This document shows positions 19,449 to 29,289 of a stretch of DNA of 35,414 nt, in pieces. Within the stretch, counting starts at the first letter, position 1. Each line of letters starts with the position of its first letter. The stretch spans positions 1 to 35,414 of the forward strand of contig JBNPEG010000071.1 of assembly GCA_051117555.1 (NCBI GenBank). The letters run 5' to 3'. The stretch is from Elainellaceae cyanobacterium (lineage in GTDB: Bacteria > Cyanobacteriota > Cyanobacteriia > CAZCXK01). The translations under genes were made by a program, and so were the position numbers. The notes under the pieces are model-generated. The model was given only the letters and a program-made list of their open reading frames with translations. It was not told the origin of the DNA and ran no database searches.

Positions 19449-21365
19449 ATGACAAATTACTGGGCGATCGCAGTTGGAATCAACCAATATCAGTTTTTCC
19501 AACCCTTGATGTATGGTCAATGGGATGCCCAGGCGTTGCATCATTTTTTAACGACTCAAGGCGGTTTCTCATCTAAACACTGTCAATTACTAACCGATAT
19601 ATCTCCATCGGTTAAACGGCGTTCTACCTTGGCTAAATCCGACACCATTCAGGCAACGATCGCGCACATTTGCCATGAGAGAATCCAATCTAGCGATACT
19701 ATTTGGTTCTTTTTTAGCGGGTACGGAGTTCAGTTTGACGGCAACGATTATCTTATGTTGGCGGATAGTGACCCATCTGATTTGCCCCAGTCTGGGTTTG
19801 CAATTGAGGATTTATTTGCCAGCCTCAAGGAAGCTCCAACTGACAATATGTTGGTCTTGCTCGATATCAAACGCAGTCAAGGCAGTATGGCTGAATCTAA
19901 TGTCGGAGCCCACACCGCTGCTTTAGCTGAAGAACACGGTATTGCCACGATTTTGTCTTGCAAGGCGGATCAGTTTTCTCATGAGACGCTTACCCTCCGG
20001 CAAGGGTTATTTACCTCAGCTTTGCTCGAAGGGTTGCGTGATCATGGATGTGTCACATTAGAACATCTGGTTCAACATTTAGGCGATCGCCTCCCCCAAT
20101 TAAGTGAGCAGCACTGGCGACCCAAGCAAGAACCGTTGGCGATAATTCCTGACAGCCGGCGGTATCAATTGATTCTACCGGGTAAGGTCCTATCGTCAAA
20201 TCATCCAGCCTTGCCGCCCAGTCCACCTGATTCCGGAGAGTCGCCCATCGAAGAGGCTCCCCTGTCTCACTCGCAGCCCATATCCAATCCGGATGACCGT
20301 CCGGACGACCGCACCAACCGTAAAGCAGGCAAATTAAATGAATTAGACGAATCAGGCGAATTAGACGAATCAGACGACGCCTCTAAGTCCTTCTGGAAGA
20401 AGTTTACGCTGTGGGGCGGACTGATTGTTTTAGTTCTGTTGTTAGGCGTGCTGCTCCGCAACCAGATTTTCTCACGTTCTCAAGAAACGGCAGGTACGGC
20501 GGGCGCGACCACAAACTCTGCCCCCGATGAGCCATCCGACGGAGCGACAGAATCCTCTACTCCGGCTGCAGAGTCTCTCAATACAGATGAGCCCCCTTAT
20601 GAGCTGGCCCTCGCTGCGTTGAGAGACGAACGCTATGAAGACGTGTTGACCTGGCTGGACCAGGTGCCGTCCTCGGAGCAGGATGAAAACTATGCAGACC
20701 TCCGGGCTGAAGCAGAGGAGCTATATGCTCAGTCACGTCAGCAAAACCAGCAGATTTTAAATCAAGCGATCGCCTCACTGGGGCAGGCGAGGCAGCTAAC
20801 TCCGACAAATCAAGCCTCCGATTTTAGCCGTGCCATTACTCAGGCTCGCGCTATCGAGCCGGGTCAGCCCCTCTATGAGCAGGCACAACAGCATATCCAG
20901 CGATGGAGTGGCGTTATTTTGGATCTAGCTAAAGCTCGGGCCAATGCCGGAGACTACGCGGGTGCGATCGCGGCAGCTCGATTAATTCCGCCTGAGCAGA
21001 CTGAAATCTACGAGGCGGCTCAGCAATCTATTCAAGATTGGCAGCCGGTTGTCGATCAGCAAACTGCAAACCAGCAGGCGATCCAAGACGCTCGGGCAAT
21101 GCTTCAGCCGGGTCAAGCATCCTCATATAGTCGAGCCATTAGCAAATTGCGAACGATTCAGGAAACCCAGCCCTCCTACGATGAAGCCCAGCGCTTAATT
21201 GAAGCCTGGAGCCAAGATATTCTCACGCTGGCTCGCGATCGCGCTGCCTGGGGTAGCCTATATAACGCGATCGATACGGCTGCGCTAGTCCCTCAAGGAA
21301 CATCTGCCTACGCTCCCGCGCGAGAAGACATCGAGCGATGGCGGAGTCAGCTCATTGGTGGATAG
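19449..21365 (+). CDS. Membrane-anchored pseudo-orthocaspase (C14 fold, Tyr/Lys at the dyad positions) with C-terminal helical repeats
   Basis: 638 aa; WAIAVGINQY, FFSGYG (His to Tyr92), LLDIKR (Cys to Lys141), GLFTSALLEGL; TM FTLWGGLIVLVLLLGVLL; two ~80-aa QASx(F/Y)SRAI...AQ..I..WS..IL.LA..RA repeats. Confidence 0.85.
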   Translation: MTNYWAIAVGINQYQFFQPLMYGQWDAQALHHFLTTQGGFSSKHCQLLTDISPSVKRRSTLAKSDTIQATIAHICHERIQSSDTIWFFFSGYGVQFDGNDYLMLADSDPSDLPQSGFAIEDLFASLKEAPTDNMLVLLDIKRSQGSMAESNVGAHTAALAEEHGIATILSCKADQFSHETLTLRQGLFTSALLEGLRDHGCVTLEHLVQHLGDRLPQLSEQHWRPKQEPLAIIPDSRRYQLILPGKVLSSNHPALPPSPPDSGESPIEEAPLSHSQPISNPDDRPDDRTNRKAGKLNELDESGELDESDDASKSFWKKFTLWGGLIVLVLLLGVLLRNQIFSRSQETAGTAGATTNSAPDEPSDGATESSTPAAESLNTDEPPYELALAALRDERYEDVLTWLDQVPSSEQDENYADLRAEAEELYAQSRQQNQQILNQAIASLGQARQLTPTNQASDFSRAITQARAIEPGQPLYEQAQQHIQRWSGVILDLAKARANAGDYAGAIAAARLIPPEQTEIYEAAQQSIQDWQPVVDQQTANQQAIQDARAMLQPGQASSYSRAISKLRTIQETQPSYDEAQRLIEAWSQDILTLARDRAAWGSLYNAIDTAALVPQGTSAYAPAREDIERWRSQLIGG

Positions 21366-21504
21366 GGGCGATCGCAACCAGTGTCACGACAGGAGGGAAC
21401 CGCGACACATAGGTTGGGGAGCCCGTCCTTCGCTATGCTAAAACCAGTCCGTATAATAAGGATCTGGGCAACCAGTTTTCTACACGCAATCACTAGGATT
21501 GGGC

Positions 21505-23133
21505 ATGGCTACAGATTTTCAAACCGAATTGCAGGAAGCGGTCGATCAGCGACGCAATTTTGCCATCATTTCTCACCCCGATGCGGGTAAAACGACGCTG
21601 ACTGAAAAGCTGCTGCTCTACGGTGGAGCTATTCACGAGGCAGGAGCCGTGAAAGCTCGGCGTGCCCAGCGTCATGCTACCTCAGACTGGATGGAAATGG
21701 AGCAGCAGCGCGGCATCTCGATTACCTCAACAGTGCTGCAGTTCGAGTACGGAGGCTATTGGATTAATCTGCTCGATACCCCTGGCCACCAAGACTTTAG
21801 TGAAGATACCTATCGAACGTTAGCCGCAGCAGATAATGCCGTCATGCTCGAAGATGCGGCCAAAGGTCTGGAGCCTCAAACCCGGAAGCTATTTGAAGTC
21901 TGCCGGATGCGATCGCTTCCCATTTTCACCTTTTTTAATAAGCTCGACCGTCCTGGGCGTGATCCGCTTGAGCTAATGGACGAAATTGAGCAGGAGCTGG
22001 ACCTGCAAACCTATGCGGTTAACTGGCCTATTGGCATGGGCGATCGCTTTAAGGGCGTATTCGATCGTCGCAAAAAGCAAATCCACCTCTTCGAGCGCAC
22101 CGCTCACGGCAGCCGCGCAGCAGGCGATACTATCATCAACTTGGGCGACCCCCGCATTGAGGAGTTGCTCGAACAAGATCTCTACTATCAGCTCAAAGAA
22201 GAATTAGAACTACTAGACGAAGCAGGCGCCGACCTCGATCTGGAGCTCGTACATCAGGGCAAAATGACCCCCGTATTTTTTGGCAGCGCCATGACTAATT
22301 TTGGGGTCGAGCTTTTTCTCGAATCATTCTTAGACTATGCGCTAGAGCCTTCCCCCCGCCGCAGTACCCAAGGCGAAATTGCTCCCACTTATCCAGATTT
22401 TTCTGGATTTGTCTTCAAGCTACAGGCCAATATGGACCCTAGACACCGTGATCGAATCGCATTCATTCGCGTGTGTTCAGGTAAATTCGAGAAAGACATG
22501 GTAGTGAGTCATGCTCGTTCAGGGAAAAACGTGCGCCTCTCACATCCCCAAAAGCTATTTGCCCAAGGCCGACAGTCTCTCGAAGAAGCCTATCCAGGCG
22601 ATGTGATTGGCTTGAATAATCCGGGTGCTTTTGCCATCGGCGATACGATTTATCTCGGTCAGCGCTTGGAATACGAAGGGATTCCGTGCTTTTCACCTGA
22701 GCTGTTTGCCTTTTTGAGAAACCCAAATCCTTCTAAATTTAAGCAGTTTCGCAAAGGCGTTAACGAGCTTCGTGAAGAAGGAGCGGTGCAAATCATGTAT
22801 TCGGCTGACGAGGCAAAACGCGACCCTATTTTGGCAGCAGTGGGGCAACTTCAGTTTGAGGTCGTCCAGTTCCGTTTGCAGAATGAATATGGCGTCGATA
22901 CTCGCCTAGAGCCACTCCCGTATAGTGTTGCCCGTTGGGTCGCAGGTGGATGGGATGCCCTGGAAAAGGCAGGGCGATTGTTTAACACGGTGACAGTTAA
23001 GGATAGTTGGGGTCGACCTGTGCTATTGTTTCGCAACGAGTGGAACTGTCAGCAAGTTGAAATGGATCATCCAGAATTGGAACTGAATTCAATTGCGCCC
23101 GTCGTTTCAGGACAAGAACCCGAATCTCTATAG
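21505..23133 (+). CDS. prfC: Peptide chain release factor 3
   Basis: [38 protein letters not shown] and [17 protein letters not shown] 21505 preferred over TTG 21499. Confidence 0.98.
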   Translation: MATDFQTELQEAVDQRRNFAIISHPDAGKTTLTEKLLLYGGAIHEAGAVKARRAQRHATSDWMEMEQQRGISITSTVLQFEYGGYWINLLDTPGHQDFSEDTYRTLAAADNAVMLEDAAKGLEPQTRKLFEVCRMRSLPIFTFFNKLDRPGRDPLELMDEIEQELDLQTYAVNWPIGMGDRFKGVFDRRKKQIHLFERTAHGSRAAGDTIINLGDPRIEELLEQDLYYQLKEELELLDEAGADLDLELVHQGKMTPVFFGSAMTNFGVELFLESFLDYALEPSPRRSTQGEIAPTYPDFSGFVFKLQANMDPRHRDRIAFIRVCSGKFEKDMVVSHARSGKNVRLSHPQKLFAQGRQSLEEAYPGDVIGLNNPGAFAIGDTIYLGQRLEYEGIPCFSPELFAFLRNPNPSKFKQFRKGVNELREEGAVQIMYSADEAKRDPILAAVGQLQFEVVQFRLQNEYGVDTRLEPLPYSVARWVAGGWDALEKAGRLFNTVTVKDSWGRPVLLFRNEWNCQQVEMDHPELELNSIAPVVSGQEPESL

Positions 23134-23138
23134 GGAAT

Positions 23139-23228
23139 ATAGCAATCTCAGATGAGGTGTGAGCCGTGGGGCAGGCGGCACCCGCTCCACCGCTCACACA
23201 CCATTCACAAGTGATTTAGGATTGCTAT
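23139..23228 (-). mobile_element. 90-bp MITE/REP-like element, copy 2 (inverted)
   Basis: ATAGCAATC...GATTGCTAT terminal IRs and an internal GC-rich hairpin; starts 5 nt after the prfC stop. Confidence 0.8.
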
Positions 23229-23356
23229 AGAGATATAGAGATCAATAATTTGTTAGTCTGAACAGGCACTCGTGAAAATCATTGGTGGCTTTTTTCTCCT
23301 ATGATGCAGGGTGCATGGTGTGTATCACTTTGAGGGCACGTGAGCAAGGGATAGCT

Positions 23357-26239
23357 ATGGGAAATGCGTTTGATTCCCCCCGGTCGGAGCACGCCCAATC
23401 GCCTACCAACGAGAATTCTGTAAAGCATCGGCTGAATGCTGGGCTGGCGGCTCTAAAGCAGAAAGAGTATTCCGCTGCGATCGCCCAGTTTGAACCTATC
23501 TTTCAGTCTGACGCGAAGGCTTCGGCCCGCGTCAGGGCTCAAGTTGGATTAGTGAAAGCATATGAAGGACTCGGAGAAATTGAGCGGGCGATCGCCCTGT
23601 GTCAGCCTTTGACCGACGCGTCGAATGAATCGGTGCGAGAGTGGGCAACGCGGGCACTCGATCGCTTCGCTCGACACCCTGTTCCGTCATCGGATCACAC
23701 TGCTCAGCCAATTGATACAGAGAATCTGGAGTCTGATCCGACAGGCTTTATCCCGTTTCCAACTAACTCGACGAACAAGCCTCCAGTCGATTCAACTGGG
23801 TTTATCCCTATGAATGCGTCGTCTCAGGCTAGTGAGATAATCCGGTCTGAGGATTCGACGTCGGATTCTTCAGCAACGGCATCAGACAGGGATGATCCCC
23901 CCACGCAACCCTTGAGCCCAGCGGATGAACCGACCGAACCCCTAGACTCTATTTCCACATCAGGCAGCCTAAATTGGGCCTATCACCGCAACACCGGGAT
24001 TGAAGAGTCGAACGCAGAAAGTGATTCAAATGGCACGTATCTTCGCATTGCTGATTCGACAAATGCGTCTGGGTCGACTGATGTACCCGTCAATGATGCG
24101 GAGACGGGGGATGCGGCGGATAATGTAGTAAACGATGCAGGCACTGGGGCAGATTCCAGTGCACGTTATGAATTCGATGCAACTGATACCCCAGGCAGCG
24201 GCTCGGATATGCAAAGCCCTAGATCACCGATGAATTCACTATCTCGTCGAATGCCAGGGGATTCTCGACCTCATCCAGACAGGGCACTAGAAAGCCCCAC
24301 TGTTATCCAACCTGAATCAGGCGAGCCCCTCTCCGCCCGCTCGCCCTCTCAAGCCCCGGCTTCTAGTTTAGCTACTGCGCAGCCGTTAAGACCTCGGCCT
24401 CAATCTGCTCAGCGTATCGTGGCGAATCTAGACTGGCGATATGCTGAACGAGCCCAACGATGGTCACCCATTGGGGCTCCTCAGCGTTCGGCATTTTGGC
24501 TATCTCAGCTCGGTACGGCGATCGCCCTCATTGGAATCACTAGCATTGTCGCTCAGGTATCCGTTGCGCTGATCATTTGGGCACTCACGCCATTTACCTG
24601 GTTTCTGCGGCTGCCTGAATGGGAATTGTGGTATGACCACCCGACACGAATTGTAGGGGTGGTTCTTGTAGCATTGCTTGTTGCGTCTCCGTGGCTGCTC
24701 GATGCGCTATTGCGGCAGTTTTATGGGCTAACGTCGCTGACCTCCGAGCAATTGGCAGACCACAGCCCGGAAGCGGTGCGAATGTTGAAGCGGGTGTGCG
24801 GGCAACGGCGCATCGTATCGCCGACGTTATACCAATTGCCGACGCAAACTCCGATTATTCTAAGCTATGGCTGTCTCCCTCGAACGGCGCGAATTGTGGC
24901 GAGTCAAGGTGTGTTTCAGCAGTTGAATGAGGATGAGATTGCGGCTCTGTATGCGGGCGAACTTGGGCATATCGTGAACTGGGATTTTGTCCTCATGTCT
25001 GCTGTAACGCTCGTGACGCAAATTCCTTATCTCATCTATCGAGGTGGCGCTGAGGAAAGCGATCGCCAGAGTAATCGATTCATTCGAGGCATTACGGCGA
25101 CGATTGCGTCGTTAGCCTATGGCGCTTTTTGGGTCTGCCGATGGGCAGGATTATGGTTATCTAAGTCTCGGCTGGTGCAAAGCGACTTGACGGCAAGCAA
25201 CATTACCGGAAATCCAAACGGGGTGGCGCGATCGCTGCTGAAGCTGGCAGTGGGTACAGCCGCTGAGATTCAGCGCCACGGACGCACCGACTATTTGCTA
25301 GAGAGCTTTGAGATGCTGGCTCCAGTTGGGTATCGGTCTGCCCTGAGTATGGGGAGTGTGCTTCCCTATGTAGGCGTGCGTGACGGCCAGCAGCCTTCAA
25401 GTTCACTGGCACATTCACTGGTTCCTCTCTTCCAATGGGATCTTCAAAATCCTCACCGCCGCTGGCTGACGCTCAACAATACACATCTTCGCTGGGGCGA
25501 TCGCCTGCGTCGCCTGATGGGATATGCCCAACACTGGCGACTCACACCCGAATTTGAAATGCCGCGCGCTAGCCAAACCGCTCGATCGGCTGTCGTGTCT
25601 CGGTCAATTGTTGTGCAAGGGGCGCCGTATATTGCGGTTGCCTTCGGGCTGGGCATATCCGCCATTCTGATCATTATCGGACACGTTGCCCGACGGATGG
25701 GAGCCTACAACCTGAGCTGGCTCTGGAGCGATCGCGAGTTCGTGATGTTGGGTTTCATTGCGCTGGCGCTAAGTTTTGGTATTTTTCTGCGAATCAATGC
25801 CTTTTTCCCTGACATTAAACCGTCAACTACCCAGGCCGAACCGTCGATTCCAGATTTGCTGGCACAGCCGTCCCCGATTCCGCTTGACAGTCAACCCGTC
25901 CGACTTCAAGGCAAATTATTGGGTCGCAAGGGGGCGAGTAACTGGTTGGGGCAAGATTTAGTGCTAGATACCGAAACGGGGCTGGTGAAGCTCCACTATC
26001 TCTCGCAACTGGGTCCGATTGGGAATCTCATTTTGCAGCCTCGCCCCTATGAGTTGGCAGGGCGTCCGGTCATTGTCACCGGATGGTTTCGTCGGGGATC
26101 GACACCGTGGATTGACGTTGACAGGATCAAGACTCAGAGAGGAAGCCCCATGCGGGCAGGGCATCCTATTTGGTCAACTATAGTGGGAGCGATCGCCGCA
26201 GTCGTAGGAGCCTATGTGATTTACAACGGCGGATTCTAG
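23357..26239 (+). CDS. M48/HtpX-fold multi-pass membrane protein with N-terminal TPR and long disordered linker; Zn ligands degenerate
   Basis: TPR-like N-terminus; S/D/P-rich linker; IVASQGVFQQLNEDEIAALYAGELGHI (HExxH is GELGH); SKSRLVQSD in place of SRxRExxAD; TGNPNGVARSLLKL; start uncertain (23282 TTG or 23357 ATG). Confidence 0.82.
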   Translation: MGNAFDSPRSEHAQSPTNENSVKHRLNAGLAALKQKEYSAAIAQFEPIFQSDAKASARVRAQVGLVKAYEGLGEIERAIALCQPLTDASNESVREWATRALDRFARHPVPSSDHTAQPIDTENLESDPTGFIPFPTNSTNKPPVDSTGFIPMNASSQASEIIRSEDSTSDSSATASDRDDPPTQPLSPADEPTEPLDSISTSGSLNWAYHRNTGIEESNAESDSNGTYLRIADSTNASGSTDVPVNDAETGDAADNVVNDAGTGADSSARYEFDATDTPGSGSDMQSPRSPMNSLSRRMPGDSRPHPDRALESPTVIQPESGEPLSARSPSQAPASSLATAQPLRPRPQSAQRIVANLDWRYAERAQRWSPIGAPQRSAFWLSQLGTAIALIGITSIVAQVSVALIIWALTPFTWFLRLPEWELWYDHPTRIVGVVLVALLVASPWLLDALLRQFYGLTSLTSEQLADHSPEAVRMLKRVCGQRRIVSPTLYQLPTQTPIILSYGCLPRTARIVASQGVFQQLNEDEIAALYAGELGHIVNWDFVLMSAVTLVTQIPYLIYRGGAEESDRQSNRFIRGITATIASLAYGAFWVCRWAGLWLSKSRLVQSDLTASNITGNPNGVARSLLKLAVGTAAEIQRHGRTDYLLESFEMLAPVGYRSALSMGSVLPYVGVRDGQQPSSSLAHSLVPLFQWDLQNPHRRWLTLNNTHLRWGDRLRRLMGYAQHWRLTPEFEMPRASQTARSAVVSRSIVVQGAPYIAVAFGLGISAILIIIGHVARRMGAYNLSWLWSDREFVMLGFIALALSFGIFLRINAFFPDIKPSTTQAEPSIPDLLAQPSPIPLDSQPVRLQGKLLGRKGASNWLGQDLVLDTETGLVKLHYLSQLGPIGNLILQPRPYELAGRPVIVTGWFRRGSTPWIDVDRIKTQRGSPMRAGHPIWSTIVGAIAAVVGAYVIYNGGF

Positions 26240-26281
26240 TCATTCCTAAATAGCTATCTTGATCATCTTAAATGGACATCC

Positions 26282-27307
26282 TCAATACCAAATACGCGGG
26301 TCTATCCAGGCGTTGAGAATATCGATTAGGATGCTGGCGATCGCCACAATTCCGCCAAAGAAGACAAGAATGCCCTGCACAACGGGGTAGTCTCGAAATT
26401 CGATGGCTTGATAGAGCCGATTGGCTAGCCCGGGCCACGAAAACGTCACCTCCGTCAGGACGGCGCCCCCGAGCAGCGACGCTAGGGTGAGCCCCAACAC
26501 CGTCACCACTGGGATCATGGCATTCCTTAGCGCATGAACCATCACAATCCTAAATTCAGGAATGCCCCTGGCGCGAGCCGCTTCGACATAGTCTGAGCGC
26601 AGAGTTTGCTTCAAATTGACTCTGACGATGCGTTCAAAAATGCCGCTGAGTAGCAGTCCCAAGGTCAGGCTAGGCAAAATCAAATAATATACGCTCGTTG
26701 CCAAATGCGTAAGATTGCCTGTCAGTAGGCTGTCAACCACATACAGCCCCGTCGGGCCGTTGGGGGGTGTCATTGTCAGCGGAAACCGAGTGCCAATCGG
26801 GAACCAGCGCAGCTTGACGGCAAAGAGAAGCTGTAATAGCATCCCAAACCAGTACATCGGCACTGCATAGGTAATGATGCCAAATAACCGACCCCCAGCA
26901 TCCAATGAAGAGTTGGGGCGTGAGGCTGCTAGTGCGCCCACCGCAATCCCGACCCCCGCTGAGACAACCATGCTACAGACGGTAAGCTCGACGGTTGCTG
27001 GAAAATGTTGCTGAATAATTTGCCAGACCGACTGCCCCTGCGTGGTCAGGGACGTGCCTAAATCGAGCCGCAGCAGACTGCCTAAGTAGGTTAGGTATTG
27101 CACCCATAAGGGAGCATTCAAGCCTAATCGCTCCCGGAGGGCATCCTTCGCCTCTTCTGGAGCGCGTGACCCTAAGACTACATCGACCGGATCGCCGGGT
27201 GTTGCTCTGAGCAATAAAAACACCAGCGTTGTGATCGTCCAGATCATCAATGGCGCAAGCAGTAGGCGCGATCCGGTGTAGTAGAGGAGAGCTTTGGATC
27301 GAGACAT
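26282..27307 (-). CDS. Peptide/nickel ABC transporter permease (DppB/OppB type)
   Basis: 341 aa; PGDPV, PATVEL, DYVEAARARGI EAA loop, HALRNA and RDYPVVQG; start abuts the SBP stop (TAA-ATG). Confidence 0.93.
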   Translation of the reverse strand: MSRSKALLYYTGSRLLLAPLMIWTITTLVFLLLRATPGDPVDVVLGSRAPEEAKDALRERLGLNAPLWVQYLTYLGSLLRLDLGTSLTTQGQSVWQIIQQHFPATVELTVCSMVVSAGVGIAVGALAASRPNSSLDAGGRLFGIITYAVPMYWFGMLLQLLFAVKLRWFPIGTRFPLTMTPPNGPTGLYVVDSLLTGNLTHLATSVYYLILPSLTLGLLLSGIFERIVRVNLKQTLRSDYVEAARARGIPEFRIVMVHALRNAMIPVVTVLGLTLASLLGGAVLTEVTFSWPGLANRLYQAIEFRDYPVVQGILVFFGGIVAIASILIDILNAWIDPRIWY

Positions 27308-28960
27308 TTACTTACTAATTTGCCAGAGCAAAAATTGCTGCGTCGGCTGAATTTCGACCCCTTCAACTCCGCTTTGGGCGAATACGTAATCCTTATTCTG
27401 CCAAAGGGGAATGTACGGAACATCTTCAACCAAAAGCTGCTGCAATTCCTTAAACATCTCTGCCCGAGCGGCGGGGTCTTGCTCAGCTCGTTGAGCTTTA
27501 ATTAGTTCATTTGCCGTTTCGCTGTAGTAAAACGACCCGTTGCCCTGACTCGCGCCCTTTTCACAGAGGTTTTCTGGAGAGCCCTGATCGCAGCTTAAAA
27601 AAGGTTGGGTAAAATTGTCAGGATCATAGAAGTCGGGATACCAGTTCAGCAAGACTGTTTGATACAGTCCGGTATCAACGCCTTCTGACAGAGTCGCCCG
27701 TTCAGCGCTCTGCACATTGACATTCACCAAACCCGGCAGGCCGCTTTCGATGGATTCTTTGAGCGTTGTAGAAACAATGCTGCGCTGAGTCGATGCGGAG
27801 GGATACCACACCTCAAAGGTGAGCGGATTTGACTCTGAATAGCCCGCCTCGGTGAGAAATTGCCGCGCCTGTTCAAAATCGCCATCGCCATAGGCAGACT
27901 GAAACACGGGTTCATACACATCAAAGCTTGTGGGCAGCATGCTGTAGAGCGGATCGGCTTGCCCTTGAAAGACGCGCTCATTGATAAGATTGCGGTCAAT
28001 CATAGCGGCGATCGCCTTCCGCACATTGAGATCGCTGGTGGGCTCTACTTTTTGATTGAGGGTCATATAGTTGACCACCGTTGTGCCCGCCTCGATCACC
28101 TGCCATCCACCTGTAGAAGCTTCTTGTTCGAGGCTTGAAATTTGCTCTGGATCTAGCGTTTGATAGGCGACATCTAAGCCTCCCGTCCGGAAGGTGTTAT
28201 ATAGGTTTGCGGGACTAGCGTAAATCTGGATATCCACGCCGTCGTTGGCAGGCATGTCGCCCCAGTAATTTTCGTTAACGTCGAGCTTAATCGAGTCAGG
28301 ACCCAGGGATGCCAGCTTGTAGGGACCGCTGCCGATGAAATTGTCAGGCTGAAATGACCCTTCATCAATCTCATAGGAATCGGGTGGAACCGGAGTCACT
28401 CCCCAAAATGACAGAATGGCTGGGAATGCCGCAAACGGATATTGGAGCGACAGGGTGAGTTCATAGTCGCCCGTGGCTTCAACGGAGGTAACCAAGTCAC
28501 CCAAGAGAAACGCTGGATCTCCCCCATTTTGAATGAATCGATCAATCGAAAACTTCATCACCTCTGCATTAAACGGTGTCCCGTCATGGAGTTCGACGTC
28601 CTCTCGCAGGGGAATCGTATAGGTCAAGCCATCCTCGCTGACGGTGGGCATGTCTGTGGCAAGCCGAGGAACAAGCTCGGTGGTTCCGGGAGCGTAGTCA
28701 TAGAGGCGATCGCCCATGTTATAGAGCAAAATTCCGGTGAAGATGGTGTATGCATCTGCCGGGTCGAGAGTCTCGACTTTTTGGGTCGTGCCGATCGTAA
28801 CCCGCCCACCCCCTCCATCTGTCGGGCTGCTCGCAGGATCGGTCGTCGTTGTGGGTGAGCCGCCACAGCCCACAATGAGCGCGATACATACACTAAAAAG
28901 CCCTAAATACTGAGTAATCCGACGCCACTGCTTGCGAGAGAAACCAAACCCCTTCATCAT
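27308..28960 (-). CDS. ABC transporter substrate-binding lipoprotein, family 5 (peptide)
   Basis: 550 aa; lipobox LIVGC, TLDPADAY, S.DGLTYTIPLR..V..HDGTPFNAE, GSGPYKL and VPYIPLWQ. Confidence 0.93.
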   Translation of the reverse strand: MMKGFGFSRKQWRRITQYLGLFSVCIALIVGCGGSPTTTTDPASSPTDGGGGRVTIGTTQKVETLDPADAYTIFTGILLYNMGDRLYDYAPGTTELVPRLATDMPTVSEDGLTYTIPLREDVELHDGTPFNAEVMKFSIDRFIQNGGDPAFLLGDLVTSVEATGDYELTLSLQYPFAAFPAILSFWGVTPVPPDSYEIDEGSFQPDNFIGSGPYKLASLGPDSIKLDVNENYWGDMPANDGVDIQIYASPANLYNTFRTGGLDVAYQTLDPEQISSLEQEASTGGWQVIEAGTTVVNYMTLNQKVEPTSDLNVRKAIAAMIDRNLINERVFQGQADPLYSMLPTSFDVYEPVFQSAYGDGDFEQARQFLTEAGYSESNPLTFEVWYPSASTQRSIVSTTLKESIESGLPGLVNVNVQSAERATLSEGVDTGLYQTVLLNWYPDFYDPDNFTQPFLSCDQGSPENLCEKGASQGNGSFYYSETANELIKAQRAEQDPAARAEMFKELQQLLVEDVPYIPLWQNKDYVFAQSGVEGVEIQPTQQFLLWQISK

Positions 28961-29289
28961 GTCTCACCTGGATGCTGAATACGACCCAATATAAATCTGT
29001 GCACTAATCATTCAGACCTTTATACACCGACGGTCATCATACCTCAATCAGCAGACCGACGATCGCCTGTCAAGTGACATACGGTGGTGCAGAGCAATCG
29101 CCATCGTGCAGAATAGGGCTGATGCCCCAATATTTTTAGGTTACGAAATCTAAACAGTTGGGGCGATCGCCGCGATCGCTGTCCGCACTCAAGTAAATTG
29201 ACGAAAGCAGCACCGCTTGCCGACAATCCATCCCTTAAAGGCGGTGTCAGCCTCAAATTATCAGCTTTAAATGATCAGCACTTTTGATC

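Noticed and set aside
26237..26260. TAGTCATTCCTAAAT resembling the left end of the 90-bp element
   Set aside because: Too short and degenerate, with no matching right end.
29044..29256. 70-aa ORF upstream of the SBP, or a known riboswitch there
   Set aside because: TTG start without SD and implausible composition; no recognisable riboswitch consensus on the minus strand.
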